From Candidatus Peribacteria bacterium (GTDB lineage: Bacteria; Patescibacteriota; Gracilibacteria; Peribacterales; Peribacteraceae): a DNA stretch of 64,000 bases. The translations under genes and the position numbers were made by a program. The notes under the pieces were generated by a model. The model saw only the letters and a list, made by a program, of their open reading frames with translations. It made no database searches and was not told the DNA's origin. Each line of letters starts with the position of its first letter. Position 1 is the stretch's first letter. The stretch is taken from NCBI GenBank assembly GCA_028286915.1, contig JAQBQQ010000017.1:4524-68523 (forward strand), read 5' to 3'. Of this stretch, positions 62,904 through 64,000 are shown piece by piece.

Positions 62904-64000
62904 ATGTCAACAAACAACCAATACAAAGCAGTGACGTTTACGGCGGCCTTAGCCGTGCTCATACTTACCGGCTGCGGCGCGAGCAAACAGCTTGCTATCC
63001 CTGCCGGTCTAAATTCTTCGTATTCAAGTAGCACCTCGGCCCAGCCAACCTTTCTCTTTCCCGAAACCCCAGCTACGGAAACAGGCTCGGTTGCTGAGCT
63101 AGACGCAAAAGCAAAGAAGGGAAACACCATGGCTGCGTATGCGCTGGCGCTCAAATATTATAAAGGTGACGGTGTAAGTAAAGACGACGTACAAGCAGAA
63201 GGATATCTTTCTTTTGCCATGATGTACGCGCCCATTGAAAGCAGACAGATGAAAATGACGGAGGAAAGCGGTACGTATTTCAAAACGCATCTCAGCGCCA
63301 TTCAAGAGCATGAAGCTCAAATGCTGATGAGCAGTCTGATCAAAACGTATCCCGCTCCTCCTATGCCATCGGATACGGAGATACAGAAGGCCATGCAGGA
63401 AGAAGCCGCGCATCCGTCGTCTATCGCTCCGTCTGCCATTCATGATGCCGTCTCTTCCTACGCCTACTGCAGTTTGTGGAACATTCAAAGTGATGATGTC
63501 GGCTGCGCCATGCTGGGCACCGATAAACCAACGACGTTGCCCATGCGTCTAGAGGAGCCTGCGGAAGTGCAGACATTCTTCCAAAAATATACGGCAGCTG
63601 CCTGGAAGCAATTCTGCGCAACAACGTCTGATGATTCATCTAATGATCCGGACGAACGCAGCGACCGTGCCTTCTGCAATACGGCTGGCGCTTTGCATTT
63701 CCTTGATCCGCAATTCTGTCTGGCACTGCCCGCTGACTATAACCTGGGAAGCTCACTGGCTTCGAAGTGCCTTATGACTCTGGCTATCAAGAAAAATGAT
63801 GCGTCTGTCTGCGACATCACATCTGTCAGCGCCGATGAATGCCACAAGCGGTATACACATATTATGAATCCGGCAGCCGAAGATCCGCTCCCAAAAGATG
63901 TGCAGAATTATGCCAAATGCCATGTATGGGAAGGCTATGGATGTGACGGCAAACGCACTGATACTGCGGCACAAATGCCGACGGAAGAGCCGACGACGGT
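62904..64000 (+). CDS. lipoprotein with a Sel1-like repeat and a Cys-rich C-terminal region (3-prime partial, runs off the window)
   Basis: My own translation shows no stop through 64000. Lipobox LILTGC, Sel1-like GNTMAAYALALKYYKGDGVSKD. Absent from the ORF track because it has no stop. Confidence 0.6.
   Translation, partial: MSTNNQYKAVTFTAALAVLILTGCGASKQLAIPAGLNSSYSSSTSAQPTFLFPETPATETGSVAELDAKAKKGNTMAAYALALKYYKGDGVSKDDVQAEGYLSFAMMYAPIESRQMKMTEESGTYFKTHLSAIQEHEAQMLMSSLIKTYPAPPMPSDTEIQKAMQEEAAHPSSIAPSAIHDAVSSYAYCSLWNIQSDDVGCAMLGTDKPTTLPMRLEEPAEVQTFFQKYTAAAWKQFCATTSDDSSNDPDERSDRAFCNTAGALHFLDPQFCLALPADYNLGSSLASKCLMTLAIKKNDASVCDITSVSADECHKRYTHIMNPAAEDPLPKDVQNYAKCHVWEGYGCDGKRTDTAAQMPTEEPTT

Overview
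About 50% GC chromosomal window from what looks like an uncultivated, small-genome bacterium. The gene content is CPR/Patescibacteria-like: PrgI/VirB4-type secretion pieces, a giant pilin-like adhesin, GH57/GH15 glucan genes and no Shine-Dalgarno signals. This taxonomic reading is inference only. I call about 75 protein genes, one tRNA-Gly(UCC), no rRNA and no CRISPR array. Housekeeping genes: trpS, maf, an RluA-type pseudouridine synthase, rpsA, rplK, rplA, ruvB, clpC, dus, yidD. Other content: an alpha-glucan cluster (GH15, GH57, glycogen-synthase-like GT), a Znu/Tro-type metal ABC importer, two histidine kinases with two receiver-only regulators, a YefM-YoeB pair, and an ArsR-led array of five SRPBCC/AHSA1 paralogs plus DoxX and an MFS pump. 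Most interesting: (1) a roughly 32% GC, two-gene, translationally coupled module at 27214-28460. It pairs a DUF5343-like protein with a Swt1-type HEPN protein carrying an intact Rx4H motif, has a palindrome over its promoter, and sits beside a duplicated gene fragment. I propose it as a candidate uncharacterised defence/toxin-antitoxin system. (2) Three degenerate copies of the 3-prime end of the neighbouring tRNA-Gly punctuate a string of single-gene, cassette-like units (C39-like peptidase, GNAT, DHFR-like, MarR), suggesting island accretion at the tRNA. (3) Sigma70-like -10 hexamers lie 6-9 nt from start codons throughout, implying leaderless mRNAs, and operon-internal spacers are nearly G-free. 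(4) A roughly 70% GC DUF1704/MATCAP-like metallopeptidase gene carries the only good Shine-Dalgarno I saw, so it is probably a recent transfer. (5) Also noted: a CIRCE operator before clpC, rplK and rplA split by a membrane-protein gene, a VirB4 N-terminal-only ORF, and a pilin-like adhesin whose prepilin leader has no canonical start codon. All homology calls come from motif recognition by eye. No searches were run.
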